Below are positions 39,100 to 53,269 of a DNA stretch of 64,000 nucleotides, in pieces (within the stretch, counting starts at the first letter, position 1; the number at the start of each line of letters is the position of its first letter). Both the position numbers and the translations under genes were made by a program. Source of the DNA: Eledone cirrhosa. Its lineage: Eukaryota. The notes beneath the pieces were generated by a model that was given only the letters and a program-made list of their open reading frames with translations, was not told the origin of the DNA and ran no database searches. The stretch is taken from NCBI GenBank assembly GCA_964016885.1, contig OZ024743.1, positions 152,396,001 through 152,460,000 of the forward strand, written 5' to 3'.

Positions 39100-40921
39100 T
39101 CATCATCATCATCATCATCAGCGTTTAACGTCCGTGTTCCACGCTTGCATGGGTTTGGACGGGGGTAGTCCCACTTGAGGCAAGAGTGATTGTCTTGCTC
39201 GCATAGGACTGTCTGGCAGGTTTTCTACAGTTGGATGCCCTTCCTAACACCAACCACATTTACAGTGTGGGTCTGGGAGGTTTTTACCGTGTTGCCTACA
39301 CGGCCACATTACAGCGTGGACTGTGTGTTTTTTTGTCGTGACACCTACACGATCTCATTTGTTTCGGCCTCGATGGCGCGGCACCAACATAACTTTACAT
39401 AGAACGGGGTGGTGTGGATCGGGTGGGGGTGGTGGGACGGGGTGTATTTGTTAGAGATGCCTACTGGCTGGAGTAGGTTTTACTATATATTTAGGTAAGG
39501 CGGGTCTTCTCTGTTACTGAGTACCGCCAAAGGTCTCGGTCCAGTGACATTGTCTTGGAGAGGTGTAAGTGTGTGATGTCGGAGTTTATCAGCTCGTCCC
39601 AGGTTTTTCTAGGTCTGCCTATTCCGTGACTACCGTCTATCTTTATTGCCCTGCACTTTGTTATACAGCTATCGACTTTCATGCGCATCACGTGTCCATA
39701 CCAACGTAGCCTTCTCTCGAGTAAACAACATCTGATCCCTCTTATCTCTAATTTATTCCTTAGTTCGTTTATGCTTTGCCGTTCACGTATATTACTGTTA
39801 CACATCCAGCGGAGCATGCAAGCTTCGTTCCTCTCTAGTCTGCGTATATCCTCTGCACACAATGCCCAGGTCTCACTGCCATGCAGCATTGCTGTTCGTA
39901 TGCAGGCATCGTACAACCTGCCTTTCATTTTTAGTGAGAACCCTTTAGCAGCTAATAGTGGTATAAGCTCTCTGAACTTTTTCCAACCAGTTCTGACTCT
40001 AGCTACAGTACTTTCAGAGCACCCTCCCCCACTGCTGATTTTATCGCCCAGGTAACGGAAGCTGTCCACTATTTCTATAGAACCCTCTGCGCAATTGAAA
40101 GAGCTAGTAGTTTGTGGGCACTTGCTGCTACTTATTGCACCAGAGCACCGGCCACATGTAAAATCTATGTTCTTAGTTAGCCTACCTGTGATCCCACTAC
40201 ATCTTTTATGCACCCATACTTTGCATTTAGGACATAAAATGGAGTTTCTACCTACGCCTTTCCTACACACCGAGCACGACCATTTCCCAGAAGGGACCGC
40301 CGCCTTGTTTTCTTTCCTACAAACTAGTACTTTGGTCTTAGCCAGGTTAATTTTAAGTCCTTTTGACTCTAGGCCGTGCTTCCATGTTTGGAATTTCTTC
40401 TCTAGCTCGGCCATTGATTCCGCTATGAGTGTCAGGTCGTCTGCGTATAGGAGTTCCCATGGGCAGCCTGTCTTGAACTCCTCTGTTATGGCCTGAAGGG
40501 CAATAATAAATAGTAGTGGACTGAGAACAGAGCCCTGATGGACGCCGACTTTTACGCTAAACTCTTCACTATATTCGTTGTTAATTCTAACCTTGCTGAC
40601 TGTTTCTTTATACATGGCTTGTATAGCCCTCACAAGCCATTCGTCAACGCCTAGTTTTCTAAGAGCCCACCAGATAATGGAGCGGGGGACTCTGTCGAAG
40701 GCTTTCTCCAAGTCGACAAAAGCTAAGTAGAGGGGTTTACCTTTAGCTAGGTACTTCTCTTGTAGTTGTCGTACTATGAAAAGAGCGTCTGTGGTACTTT
40801 TGCCTGACACAAACCCGAACTGCATTTCATCTAGGTCAATTCTCTCTCTGATTAGCTGCGCTATTACTCTTTCCGTGACCTTCATGACCTGGTCGATTAA
40901 TTTAATGCCTCTATAGTTACT

Positions 40922-40922
<1 letters not shown>
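39100..40922 (-). mobile_element. RTE-clade LINE, 5'-truncated, with 3' UTR and (GAT)n tail
   Basis: Uninterrupted RT ORF; tail CCCATGCAAGCGTGGAACACGGACGTTAAACGCTGATGATG. Confidence 0.92.
39491..40922 (-). CDS. RTE ORF partial: reverse transcriptase with PHD-like finger
   Basis: [44 protein letters not shown]-x2-C…C-x2-C…WVHKRC…C-x2-[16 protein letters not shown]; no stops. Confidence 0.9.
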
Positions 40923-40962
<40 letters not shown>

Positions 40963-40981
40963 GTATATATATATGTATATG

Positions 40982-42030
<1,049 letters not shown>

Positions 42031-42819
42031 GATCTGATATTAAATGATGATGATGATATATATGTGTGTGTGTATGCATGTGTGGTAGACACACGTGTGT
42101 AAGTGTGCGAGTGTCTACCTTGCAATAGAAAAGATCTATCATTATAAGTAATTAATAAAAAGAAATATCAGTTAAACGTCCTCAACTCACATTTTTATTT
42201 TTATTTTCTAACATTTCAATACTATTTCCATTTCCAGGAAGAAAAAGTAATTTGTTAATAACTATTCATGAGCTTATTAAAAGTTCTGGATACTTTGATT
42301 AGTCATTACTCGTGATCTTTCAGTTTTGCTGTAATTCATTAGCATTTGAAGTTGTTGAATAGAAGGAAATGCACTAATACATTTACACTTTCCCTTCTTA
42401 AGAATACAAACCTAGACCTGTTTGTATTGTTATGCTTTTATGATTGTTGTTTAATCCTATTTCAGACTTATGATTATGGTTATTTTAGCCATGACTATCC
42501 TGGTTTTATCATTATTATCATTTTTTTAGACACATATTATCCTGTCTCACACAAATCCACAAAAAAAGCAAGATATTGAAAATATATTATACAACATTAA
42601 AAGACAGATTGGTACACACATTGCACATTGCTGCAAAGGAATACACAATGATTCTTACAACATGTAGTGCATTAAAAACAATTAATTTGTTCTAATATCC
42701 AGGAATTTTCTGATTTGCTTCAAAATCACACAAGACACTTGTGAACCATACATGCTACCCCTGTGTGCCATGGCACAGTGGTTGAAACCAGCTGGTTTAA
42801 TATGGTAACATGAAAAAGA

Positions 42820-43980
42820 AACAATGAATGAAACAGTAAGAAAAAAGGAAATAGATTCTGAAAATGAACCAATTATTGGAGCATCTGAGACCGACAATAT
42901 TTTACAAGAGAAAACCATTGAAAAACATTTCTTTTCAACCAGAATTGTGAAATCTTCTACTGGACATCAATATAAAAACACCAACATAACATTAAAAGAC
43001 ACACCATCAACAGCCAATACAATTATATTGAGAAAATATATAAAAGGAAAATGTGTTGTGCAATAAAGATGCATAATGGGTTCGAAAAGTAGAAGGAGAA
43101 GAAATATATAATAACTCTACAAGCATGGCTTAGCATATCAAGCAAGTAATTTGCCTACACAATAAAGACTGTGAGCAACTGGAAGGTTAGAAATGATAAA
43201 GTCTCTAATTTCTGTTGAAAATACATAACTGGTTACATAAAGCTATAGCAACAACATTCAAGAAATTACTGAAGAGTCAAGAATCAACACCTTACTGGTT
43301 AGTGGAGAAGAAAATAATATAATTCCCTCCAAAACAATAGCATCAAGGACCACCGAAACTACAGAGTAATAACCTGTTTGGCAACAATATATATATATAT
43401 ATACCAACAGACTGGTTGCTCATCTGGAAACTAATAACATCTTATATATCAGTAGAGCAGAAAGAGTGCCGGAAATACATGCATATGATGTAAAGAAAAG
43501 TTACTAGTAAAACTTGCAGTTATTGAAGACAGCAGAAAAAGATAGAAAACTCTAAGTGTAGCATAAATTTATTACCACAAATGTTTCTGACAGCATACCA
43601 CATTCCCGGATATTGAAAACACTGTCCATAAACAAAGCATTTCCAAATCAAAGGCAATGTATCAACCACGCCATGTCAAAATGGAAAACATAAAATCTAC
43701 TGAAAGAGAGGATGATAAAAACGAGCTCTATCGCCATAAAAAGGGGAATGCTTTATTTTGACTTCTTATCCCCGCTCTTTTTCTGTTTACCTGATACTAT
43801 TAACAAATCTGCTGTATCAAATAACCTATGGTTACAAATGCAATTGACAAGCTATAAAATATCTCCTATAAACTATGGATGGTTTAAAACCATATACAAG
43901 AGTCAACACCAAGCTAGAGAACTTACAGTGGTGATCCAAAAATGAGTATGAAATTAGAGAAATGGGCAAACGCGATACAA
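42820..43980 (+). mobile_element. Highly decayed R4-like RT remnants
   Basis: IKRGMLYFDFLSPLFFCL resembles the RT 'G…GD.LSP' motif; DSIPHS-like stretch near 43590. Confidence 0.45.
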
Positions 43981-44289
43981 GGAAAAGGCAAATTAATTAA
44001 AATTTTAAAGCATACTATTTTAAATGCCTAAGCTTCACAAAGGTATGGCCTTTTATGTATATCAACTTACATAAAATCTGAAAAATATGGTAAAATGCAC
44101 ATATTAAATCTATGACAAGGATACTCTGAGACATGTTTGTCAAGACCAACAGAGAGTTTGAAGGAAACTCTTGCATATCATAATCTATATTATAAAAGAA
44201 GGGCTGTTTCTCTATCTGTCTATCCATCATATTTATATATATATATATATTTATGCATATATATATGTGGTGTTTTTTGGGAGTTTTTT

Positions 44290-47200
44290 TATGACCATGC
44301 TGTAAAATGGAGGGGTAGAGAGGGTCCATGAGTCCAGTAAGACATCCTCTCTAGTGCTGGTGGCACAAATAAAAGCACCTGTAAAGTGGCGCTGGTGTTA
44401 GGAAGGGCATCCAAGCAGTGTATCAATGCCAAAACGATTATAAGCACAGCAACAAGTATATAGGAACAACAAAAATATGAAGACGTCGCAACACTTAATG
44501 TTGTCACTCTCTCTGGTAGATCTGCTGAAATAGTGGAGATGCTGGAGAGAAGACATGTGGATGTGTGCTGCGTGCAAGAGGTGAGATGGAAAGGTGCCTC
44601 TGCGAGACTAGTTGCAGACAAAAATCTTAGCTATAAGCTTTTATGCGTAGGTAAGGATGATGGATTAGGGGTGTAGGCATTTTCCTGGCTGAGAGATGGA
44701 TCAATAAGATAATAGAGGTAGTTCGAGTTAGTAATCGAATAATTAAGCTTAGATTAGTTATAGGCAGGAGACTACTGACAATCATCTCTGCCTAAGGCCC
44801 CCAAGCAGGCCTAGGCAAAGAAGAGAACGACTGCTTTTACGAGCAACTTTTACAAACAACCGCAATGACAGAGGACACAGACACCATTATGCTAGCAGGA
44901 GACTTCAATGGTCATGTTGGACAGCTCCAGGATGGTTACACTGGGGTACATGGTGGGCATGGTTACGGCTCAAGAAATGAAGGAGTGATACTTCTTGAAT
45001 TTTATGATGCAAGTACACTGACTATTTGCAACACTAACTTCCAGAAACCTGCCAACCACCTAATAACCTACAAATCAGGCGAGCACATAAGCAAGATTGA
45101 CTTCTTACTAGTTAGGCAGCGGGACAGGCAGATGGTGTCAAATACCAAGGCATACCCTGGGGAAGAATGTAACCCACAGCATAGGTTAGTCGTTAGTGAT
45201 ATCTCAGTAAGCAAGAGATGGAATTAGACATTCAGGAAGGTGTGGAGAAGAAAGACCTTTCACTAAAATACAAATTTAGGAAAGCCCTTCAAGATGTGTA
45301 TGACGAAAAAGAAGACGATTTAGAGACGTATGAAATAGATAATAACTGGAATTTCTTACGTGACAACTTACTGCAGGCTACTGAAGAAACTTGTGGCTGG
45401 AGCAGAGCTCCAACCAGACAGAGAGTGACCTGGTGGTGGAACATCACAGTAGATAGGGCCATTAGAGCCAAAAGACTAGCATGGAAGGCTTGGAAAAAGG
45501 GTAGGAGTAGAGAAAGATATACAGCCACTAAGAGAGAAGCTAGACATCAGGTGTACTTAGCACGCAGGGAGGCTGAGAGTAGGAGGTTTACCAATGTTCT
45601 GCGACGGGAAGATCAGAGGCGTGCGGTGTTACACATTGCAATGCAGTGTTTCAATGCAAATCAGGTTGTTGTTGGAGATAAATGTGTCCGGGATGATGCC
45701 GTGTACTTAGTGTCATGAATGATCAGAAAAAGGAGGCCTGGAAATGTCATTATAAGAGACTGATGAATGTGGAGAATGAATGAGAGAGAAATTACCCTCA
45801 GTAGATCCGACAGAGGTACCAGCTATTGAGATTGACGAATATAGGGTCCAAGAGGCGATTAAGGAAATAAAAAATGGTAAGGCTGCTGGACCATCAATCA
45901 GGTATCATCAATTAGGCATATATGGTGGTGTCATACCCAAATACTGGTGCAGCAGTATTCTCATAAATTGCTACAAAGGTAAAGGGGATGCTCTGGAGAG
46001 GAGCAATTATAGGGGTATAAAACTGATGGATCAGGTTATGAAAGTGGCAGAAAGGATATTAGCACAACTAATTAGAGAAAGGGTCAAACTAGATGAGATG
46101 CAGTTTGGTTTTGTGCCTGGGAAGAGTACAACAGTGCCCTCTTCTTGGTGAGACAATTACAAGAGAGGTTCTTAGAGAAAAATAAGCCACTATACTTAGC
46201 CTTTGCTGACCTAGAGAAGGCCTTTGATAGGGTACCCCGATCTGGCATCTGGTGGTCCCTAAGGAAACTAGGTGTTGAGGAATGGCTTGTGAGGACAGTG
46301 CAAACTTTGTACAGAGGTACTGTCAGTAAAGTCAGGGTAGGCATGGAGTTTAGTGAGGATTTCCAGATACAAACAAGTAGTAGTACATCAAGGTTCGGTC
46401 CTCAGCTCGCTCTTGTTCATTATAGTCCTCCAAGCCATAATAGAGGAGTTTAAGACTGGCTGTCCATGGGAACTTCTCTATGCTGACGATCTGGTTCTTA
46501 TAGCAGAATCAGTGGAGGAGCTAGAGAATAAATTCTGACTATGGAAACAGCAGTTGGAAGCAAGAGGACTGAGAGTGAACCTAGCTAAGACAAAAGTGTT
46601 GATGAGTAGAAAAGAGGACAAAACTCTGATTCCGTCAGGGAAATGGCCATGTTCGATATGCAGAAAAGGAACTGGCAAAAATTCTATAAAATGCACACAA
46701 TGCAGATCCTGGGTACACAAGAGATGTAGCGGGATAGCAGGCAAACTAACAGGTAGGGAGAAATACATATGCAGTAGATGTACAGGGAAATTAGACAGTA
46801 GAAGTCGTATTGATAGACACATTTTTCAAATGCAGACGGGTGCTATAGAAGAGGTGGATAGCTTCTGGTACCTAGGAGATCAGATTAGCATGGGAGGGAG
46901 GTGTTCAGAGGCCGTAGTATCTAGAATAAGGACGGGCTGGAAGAAGTTTAGGGAGCTGCTTCCTCTGCTGATGAAGAAGGGTTTCTCCCTGCGTACGAAA
47001 GGCCGGTTATATGATGCCTGTGTGAGGCGCGCAATGCTGCATAGTAGTGAGACATGGGCAGCAACTGCAGACGATATGCGACGGCTGGAGAGAAATGAGG
47101 CAATCATGCTCCGTTGGATGTGCAGTGTCAATGTGCGTGAACGACCCAGCATGAATGTGTTGAGAAAGAAACTGTGTCTGAGAGGGATAGAATGTAGTGT

Positions 47201-47478
47201 GCGAGAGGGGAGACTGCGGTGGTATGGACATGTGATGTGCATGGAGGATGACTGATGGGTGAAGAAGTGCCAGGAAATGCCAGTTGAAGGAAGATGTGGT
47301 AGAGGTGGACCACGAAAAACATGGGTGGAGGTGGTGAGAACAGACCTCAGATCGCTGAAGCTCACGGTGGAGATGACGAAGGACTGTGACAAGTGGAGAG
47401 ATGCTGTGCTGAATAAGACCCATCCCACCCTTGCAAGCAGGGAAAAGTGGACATAAAATGATGACGATGATGATGATG
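44290..47478 (+). mobile_element. Near full-length RTE LINE (APE + RT + PHD-like), inactivated
   Basis: ATLNV…DVCCVQEVRWKG, AGDFNGHVG, IDFLLV…[22 protein letters not shown]; several stops and frameshifts; (GAT)n tail. Confidence 0.93.
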
Positions 47479-47892
47479 AACACATATAACTTTTTGGTGG
47501 GTTGTTTGTTTGTGTGTGTGTGTTTCTGTATATCCTTCAACATATAGACAATGCAACACATACTTTAAAAAAAGACATCTGCTATAATGACAGGTTGTTG
47601 TTGTTATTGAGAGAGAAATACAGTGAGAGGGTGTGTGTGAAAAATAGATAGAATTAAAACTTGTTTCAAGAAAAAACAGCTAGTCGTTGATATTGTTATA
47701 AACTAAAAAGAAAAGCGAAATCAAAAATGTTGAAAAGCTATGAACATGCAAGCATTTTAAAACTGAAATAAGAAAGTTGCTGATTGTGAGAGTAAATAAT
47801 TGGTGTACTGGATATCATAAAAATGGACATAAAACCCCCATACAAGAACACACAACTTGATATAACCTCACAAAATATATCTACTAGGTAAA

Positions 47893-48235
47893 AGGGTAAA
47901 GAGTAAAGATCCCTTTCGGTCATGAATGACTATGGAATTTGCACTAGAAAGTTCCTCCTCCTAGGCACAAGTCCAGACAAGGTTGTTTGTGAAAGACCAG
48001 CAGGCACCCATCTATACCAGCCTCCCCTCTCAATGCCACCGATGTTGTCCAAGGGAAAGGCAAATGCGAATACAGCTTGGCACCAGTAATGTCGCAATTC
48101 ATTTCTACAGCTGAGTAAACTGGAGCAACGTGAAATAAAGTGTCTTGCTCAAGAACACAACACAAATCCCGGTCCAAGAATCAAACTCATAACCTCGCGA
48201 TTGTAAGCCCAATGCTCTAACCATTAAGCGATGCA
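47893..48235 (-). mobile_element. Full-length CORE-like SINE
   Basis: tRNA-like head GCTTAATGGTTAGAGC…GAGTTTGATTC, CTTGAGCAAGACACTT, (CTTTTAC)-type tail. Confidence 0.85.
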
Positions 48236-49153
48236 GTACACAATTTATGCTAGGCATTTTCAATTTGGTAACAAACTTCTCAAATCATATATTTTAGATA
48301 ATCAATTCTCACAAGTATAAAGCAGAAATGTCCAACCACTGTGCTGCAGAACAGTGTGCCATATATGTTCCACTAGTGTGCTGCGAGTCTTTGAGGTAAG
48401 CTGGAAAATAATAGAACATTAGGAAAACTTAATTAATTTTTAATGCCCTACACTGATGTATGTGTAATTCTCAATGCACTTGTCCATTTCTGTTTTGAAA
48501 CAATTTTAATACTCACTTTTTACAGAATATAACTTAAACAAAGCTGATGGTATGCTGTATCACTTTTATCAGTGTGTTATGGTTGAACATAGCTGTATTG
48601 ACACCTTCCTTTCTAATTTACTGTGTAATGATAGGTCTTTTTTCTTTTTGTCAATTTTCTATTATATATCATCATCATCATCATCATTACCGTTTTACAC
48701 CCATTTTTCCATGCTAGCATATATATATTTATATATTGAGAGTTGATCGACAATATGCCCTCGCTTAACGAGTTGGGTGGAGCTCATCAAATCGGACCGC
48801 CGAGGAAACAATGTTTCCATTGGTCTTTCCAATTGCTAATACTATCTGTAAGTCACAACTCCTGACAGAAGGAGTTACGTGAAATAAAATGTCTTGCTCA
48901 AGGACATAATGCATTGCCCGGCCCAGGAATCGAAATCACAACCTCACGATTAATGTTTAGGTTCACGTCAATATCAAGGTGTAGAACTAGATGGTGTAGT
49001 ATAATAATTGTTTCTACTTTTGGCATAAGGCCAGCAATTATCCCAGTGCATTAGTGGTACTTCATTTTATCGACCCCGTAAGGATGAAAGACAAAGTTAG
49101 GCTCGGCGTGATTTGAACTCAGACCATAAAGGGGCGTAACTCTATCCTGCAAT

Positions 49154-49280
49154 GATGAATGGTTCTCCTTCATTACATTTATTGGTTGGTGATGTGTGTT
49201 TCGCTATTGATCAAGGTTCGATCTGTAACAATCTAGCGCGTCACCAACCAATAAACGTAATGAACGAGTAATCATTCATC
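49154..49280. repeat. Diverged inverted pair of HHR-cassette 3' ends (relic)
   Basis: Arms about 49154-49197 and 49237-49280; - strand GCUA…UAGC-GAAA-CACACA-UC-ACCAACCAAUAAA; + strand GCGCGUC-ACCAACCAAUAAA; (TA)n follows. Confidence 0.55.
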
Positions 49281-49322
49281 TTTGTTGTATTATTATATAT
49301 ATATATATATATATATATAAGA

Positions 49323-50320
49323 ACGATCTGGTTCTTATAGCAGAATCAGTAGAGGAGCTAGAGAATAAATTCTGGCTATGGAAACAACAGTTGGAAGCAA
49401 GAGGACTGAGAGTGAACCTAGCTAAGACAAAAGTGTTGATGAGTAGAAAAGAGGACAAAACTCTAATTCCGTCAGGGAAATGGCCATGTTCGATATGTAG
49501 AAAAGGAACTGGCATAAATTCTATAAAATGCACACAATGCAGATCCTGGGTACATAAGAGATGTAGTGGGATAGCAGGCAAACTAACAGGTAGGGAGAAA
49601 TACGTATGCAGTAGATGTACAGGGAAATTAGACAGTAGAAGTCGCATTGATAGACACATTTTTCAAATGCAGGCGAGTGCTATAGAAGTGGTGGATAGCT
49701 TCTGGTACCTAGGAGATCAGATTAGCATGGGAGGAGGGTGTTCCGAGGCCGTAGTATCTAGTACAGGTTGGAAGAAGTTTAGGGAGCTGCTTCCTCTGCT
49801 GATGAAGAAGGGTTTCACCCTGTGTACGAAAGGCCGGTTATATGATGCCTGTGTGAGGAGTGCGATGCTGCATGGCAGTGAGACATGGGCAGCAACTGCA
49901 GAGGATATGCGATGGCTGGAGAGCAATGAGGCAAGCATGTTCCGTTGCATGAGCATTGTCAATGTACATGAACAGCCCAGCATGGATGTGTTGAGAGAGA
50001 AACTGTGTCTGAGGGGGATAGAATGTAGTGTACGGGAGAGGAGACTGCGGTGGTATGGACATGTGATGCGCATGGAGGATGACCGATGGGTGAAGAAGTG
50101 TCAGGAAATGCCAGTTGAAGGAAGACGTGGTAGAGATAGACCACGAAAAACATGGGCGGGGGTGGTGAGAACAGACCTCAGATCGCTGAAGCTCACGGTG
50201 GAGATGACGAAGGACCGTGACAAGTGGAGAGATGCTGTGCTGCTGAATAAGACCCGTCCCACCCTTGCAAGCATGGAAAAGCGGACGTAAAATGATGATG
50301 ATGATGTTGATGATGATGAT
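49323..50320 (+). mobile_element. 5'-truncated copy of the 44290 RTE
   Basis: Closely matches 46486-47478; 299-aa ORF at 49391-50290. Confidence 0.92.
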
Positions 50321-50667
50321 ATTCATAACAAACAACACTAACATATAACTCTAAGAAACAACAGCTCAAATCTCACAACAAATTAGCTCTAACACATAAA
50401 AATTCCCATTTACCCCAAAACATTAAAACTGCTTATATCTAAGGAATTTTGGTGCTCCTGGTTGCACAGTTAAAAGAACATTTTGTGGAAGTAGTAGGAT
50501 CGATTGAATCAAATATAATACTTTACTTTTACTTAATTTCTTTATTCAGAAAAGATGAAAGGCAAAGTTGACTCCTGCAAGATTTGAGCTCAAATATAAA
50601 GATATGTATTGAAATATTGCATAGCATCTTGCTCAGTGCTCTACTAATTCTACCATATACCATCTTT

Positions 50668-50702
<35 letters not shown>

Positions 50703-50959
50703 GAAGAAGAAGAAGAAGAAGAATGATAAGAATAAGGATAATAATAATTGTTTCTATTTTTGGCACAAGGCCAGCAATTATCCAAGGCATTACTGGTACT
50801 TTATTTTATCGACCCCGTAAGGATGAAAGGTAAAGTTAACCTCGACAGGATTTGAACTCAGACCATAAAGGGACGTAACTATGCTGGAAAGCATGGTATC
50901 CGACCCTCTACCGATACTGCAATTTACCTACTTGAAAAATCCCTTCATAGTACCTTCTT

Positions 50960-51760
50960 TAAGAAAACGGAATTTAGAGATCTACAGACATGGAACTGGT
51001 TAAAAAGAGGAGACCTTTAAAAAGCTACAGAAGGAATGCTAATGGCTGCGCAAGAGCAACCCCTCAAATTGAAGTGGGTGAAACACCATATTGACAAGGA
51101 GGAGGCTAGCTCACTCTGTAGGATCTGTGGAGAGAGAGAGGAGACTGTGGCTCACATTGTATCCGAGTGTAAACACCTAGCCCAGACTCACTATAAAGGC
51201 TAGAGACATGATGTGATAGGCAGGGTGACCCACTGGCATCTATGCAAACTAAACAATTTACCACATTCTGAGAAGTGGTTTGAGCATAAGACAGAGTCGG
51301 TGATAGAAAACGATCAGGTGAAGGTGCTATGGGATTTTAGCATACAGACGGACAAGAAATTAGAACACAATAGACCTGACCTGGTGGTTTTGGACAAGGA
51401 AAAAAGATTGTGCCTGATTGTAGATGTAGCCTGCCCATTTGACACGAGAGTGCAAGAAAAGGAGAGGGAGAAAATTAACCGATACCAGGATTTAAAGTGG
51501 GAGTTAAAAAGGATTTGGAACTGCCATGAAATCAATGTCATAGGTGCACTAGGTACTATCTCAAAGAGTTTCCAAGGATGGTTAAAGAAGATTAGTCCAG
51601 TCCCGCTTTTTGGAACAGTTCAAAAGGCATGCTTGCTGGGAACAGCAAGAACCCTCCGATACGTCCTGAATGTCTGAGGCTGCAGGTAGTGACTTGATAT
51701 TCATATCAACAAATTTTCCAGTTAAATAACATCAATGACTGAGACTCAAAGAATAATAAT
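50960..51760 (+). mobile_element. R4/Dong-like element 3' end (zinc knuckle + RLE)
   Basis: AAQEQ, CRICG…HIVSEC, VLWDFSIQTD…HNRPDLV…DVACPFD…K…Y, GTARTLR; ends in (AAT)n. Confidence 0.88.
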
Positions 51761-52450
51761 GGTTTCTTATATAGACACAAGGCCAGTAATTTGGGGGTAG
51801 GGGAAAGTTGATTAAATCGACCCCAGTGGGTGACTGGTACTTTATTTTATCGATCCTATAAGGATGAAAGGCAAAGTTAACCTCGGCGGGATTTGAGCTC
51901 AGATCATAAACAGCCGTACCTCTATGCTGCAAAGCATGGCGTCCGACCCTCTACCGATACTGCCAATCCACCGCCCTCAGACTCAAAGAATAATAATAAT
52001 AATGATAATTGTTTCTACTTTTGGCAAAAGGCCAGCAATTACCCCAGTGCATTACTGGTACTTTATTATATTGACTCCATAAGGATGAAAGGCAAAGCTA
52101 ACCTTGGTGGGATTTGAACTCAGAACGTAAAGGGCTGTAACTTGATGCTGCAACTTGATGCTGTTTGACGCTCTACCGATTCTGCCAATCCACCACCATT
52201 AATAATAATAATAATAATGATAATAATAATGATTTCTAGTATAGGCACAAGGCCAGTAATTTGGGGGGGAGTGGAAAGTCGATTAAATCGACCCCAGTAG
52301 GTTACTGGTGCTTTATTTTATCGACCCTGTAAGGATGAAAGGCAAAGTTAACCTCGGCGGGATTTGAACTCAGACTGTAAAGGACCATACCTCTATGCTG
52401 CAAAGCATGGTGTCTGATGCTCTACCAATTCTGCCAATCCACCACCCTTA
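51760..52450 (-). mobile_element. Three consecutive Meta-like SINEs separated by (AAT)n
   Basis: Same family as 32227; AGACTCAAAGAATAATAAT duplicated around the first copy; further copies at ~49000, 50746, 55083. Confidence 0.85.
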
Positions 52451-52494
52451 ATAATAATAATAATAGTAATAATAATAATAATAATAATGATTTC

Positions 52495-52960
52495 ATTTAT
52501 TGGCCACAAGGGCCGATATGTAGGGTACAATACAAAGACAGGGACAGTGGGGGTTTACAATAAGGTCGAGTAAAAGTGCACAATGGCAAGACTAATTTAA
52601 CAATGAAAATATACAAATATAAAATAAACTATGTATAAATATAACAAAATAAATAAATTCCCCTATCGGGGGTGGACGACCCAGGGGTGAATCAGGTACC
52701 CCACCAATCCTGAACCACCCTGCGCTTCTAGGGCACACAGGGAGACACCCCTCTCCTCAAGTTAGCTAGCCTATAGGCGCATGGTCAGAGTAGGCTCATT
52801 CACACGGGCCATTCTCGCCACATTCATCCACCTTTTAGCAAATGTACTGGGAGCAGCACTTCTCTCTCCACCCTCACCTTCCTTTCCAGGTGAAACTTGA
52901 AGAAGTTGATGAGGGATTGGCCGAAGAGAAAAGTGTCTGTCTTCAGTCATTTCAATCTGA
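52495..52960 (-). mobile_element. Possible L1/Tx1-like LINE 3' end
   Basis: FAKRWMNVARMARV C-terminus followed by a GC-rich then T-rich UTR and AATAAA. Confidence 0.4.
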
Positions 52961-53269
52961 TCCACCATATAACCTCTTTTGCAACTGCCACCAGATATGC
53001 AAAATGTTATTCAATTTAATTTTATTACATTTTATTTCATTTTTTTTCTCCCACAATGCAATGGTGGTCTTGCCTCTCTTTCCTCCAACACCTTCTCTTT
53101 CTGGGCTGTTGGACTTTCTCCCACTCTCTCTCTCTTACTACCTGTGTTTGTTGTTGTTTTTTTTTTACTTCACCTACAACACTTCCTTAATCAGAACCTC
53201 TCTTGACCAAACCCAGAGATGGTATCTTGAAGAAAATTACTCTTTGGTATTGAAGGATACATGGCATAA

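Noticed and set aside
45759-46975. CTGATGA heptamers inside RTE sequence
   Set aside because: Ordinary coding sequence (Leu-Met codons) without HHR helices
48740-48795. Minus-strand UUGAUGA-GCUC…GGGC
   Set aside because: No GAAA after the stem and the core is mutated
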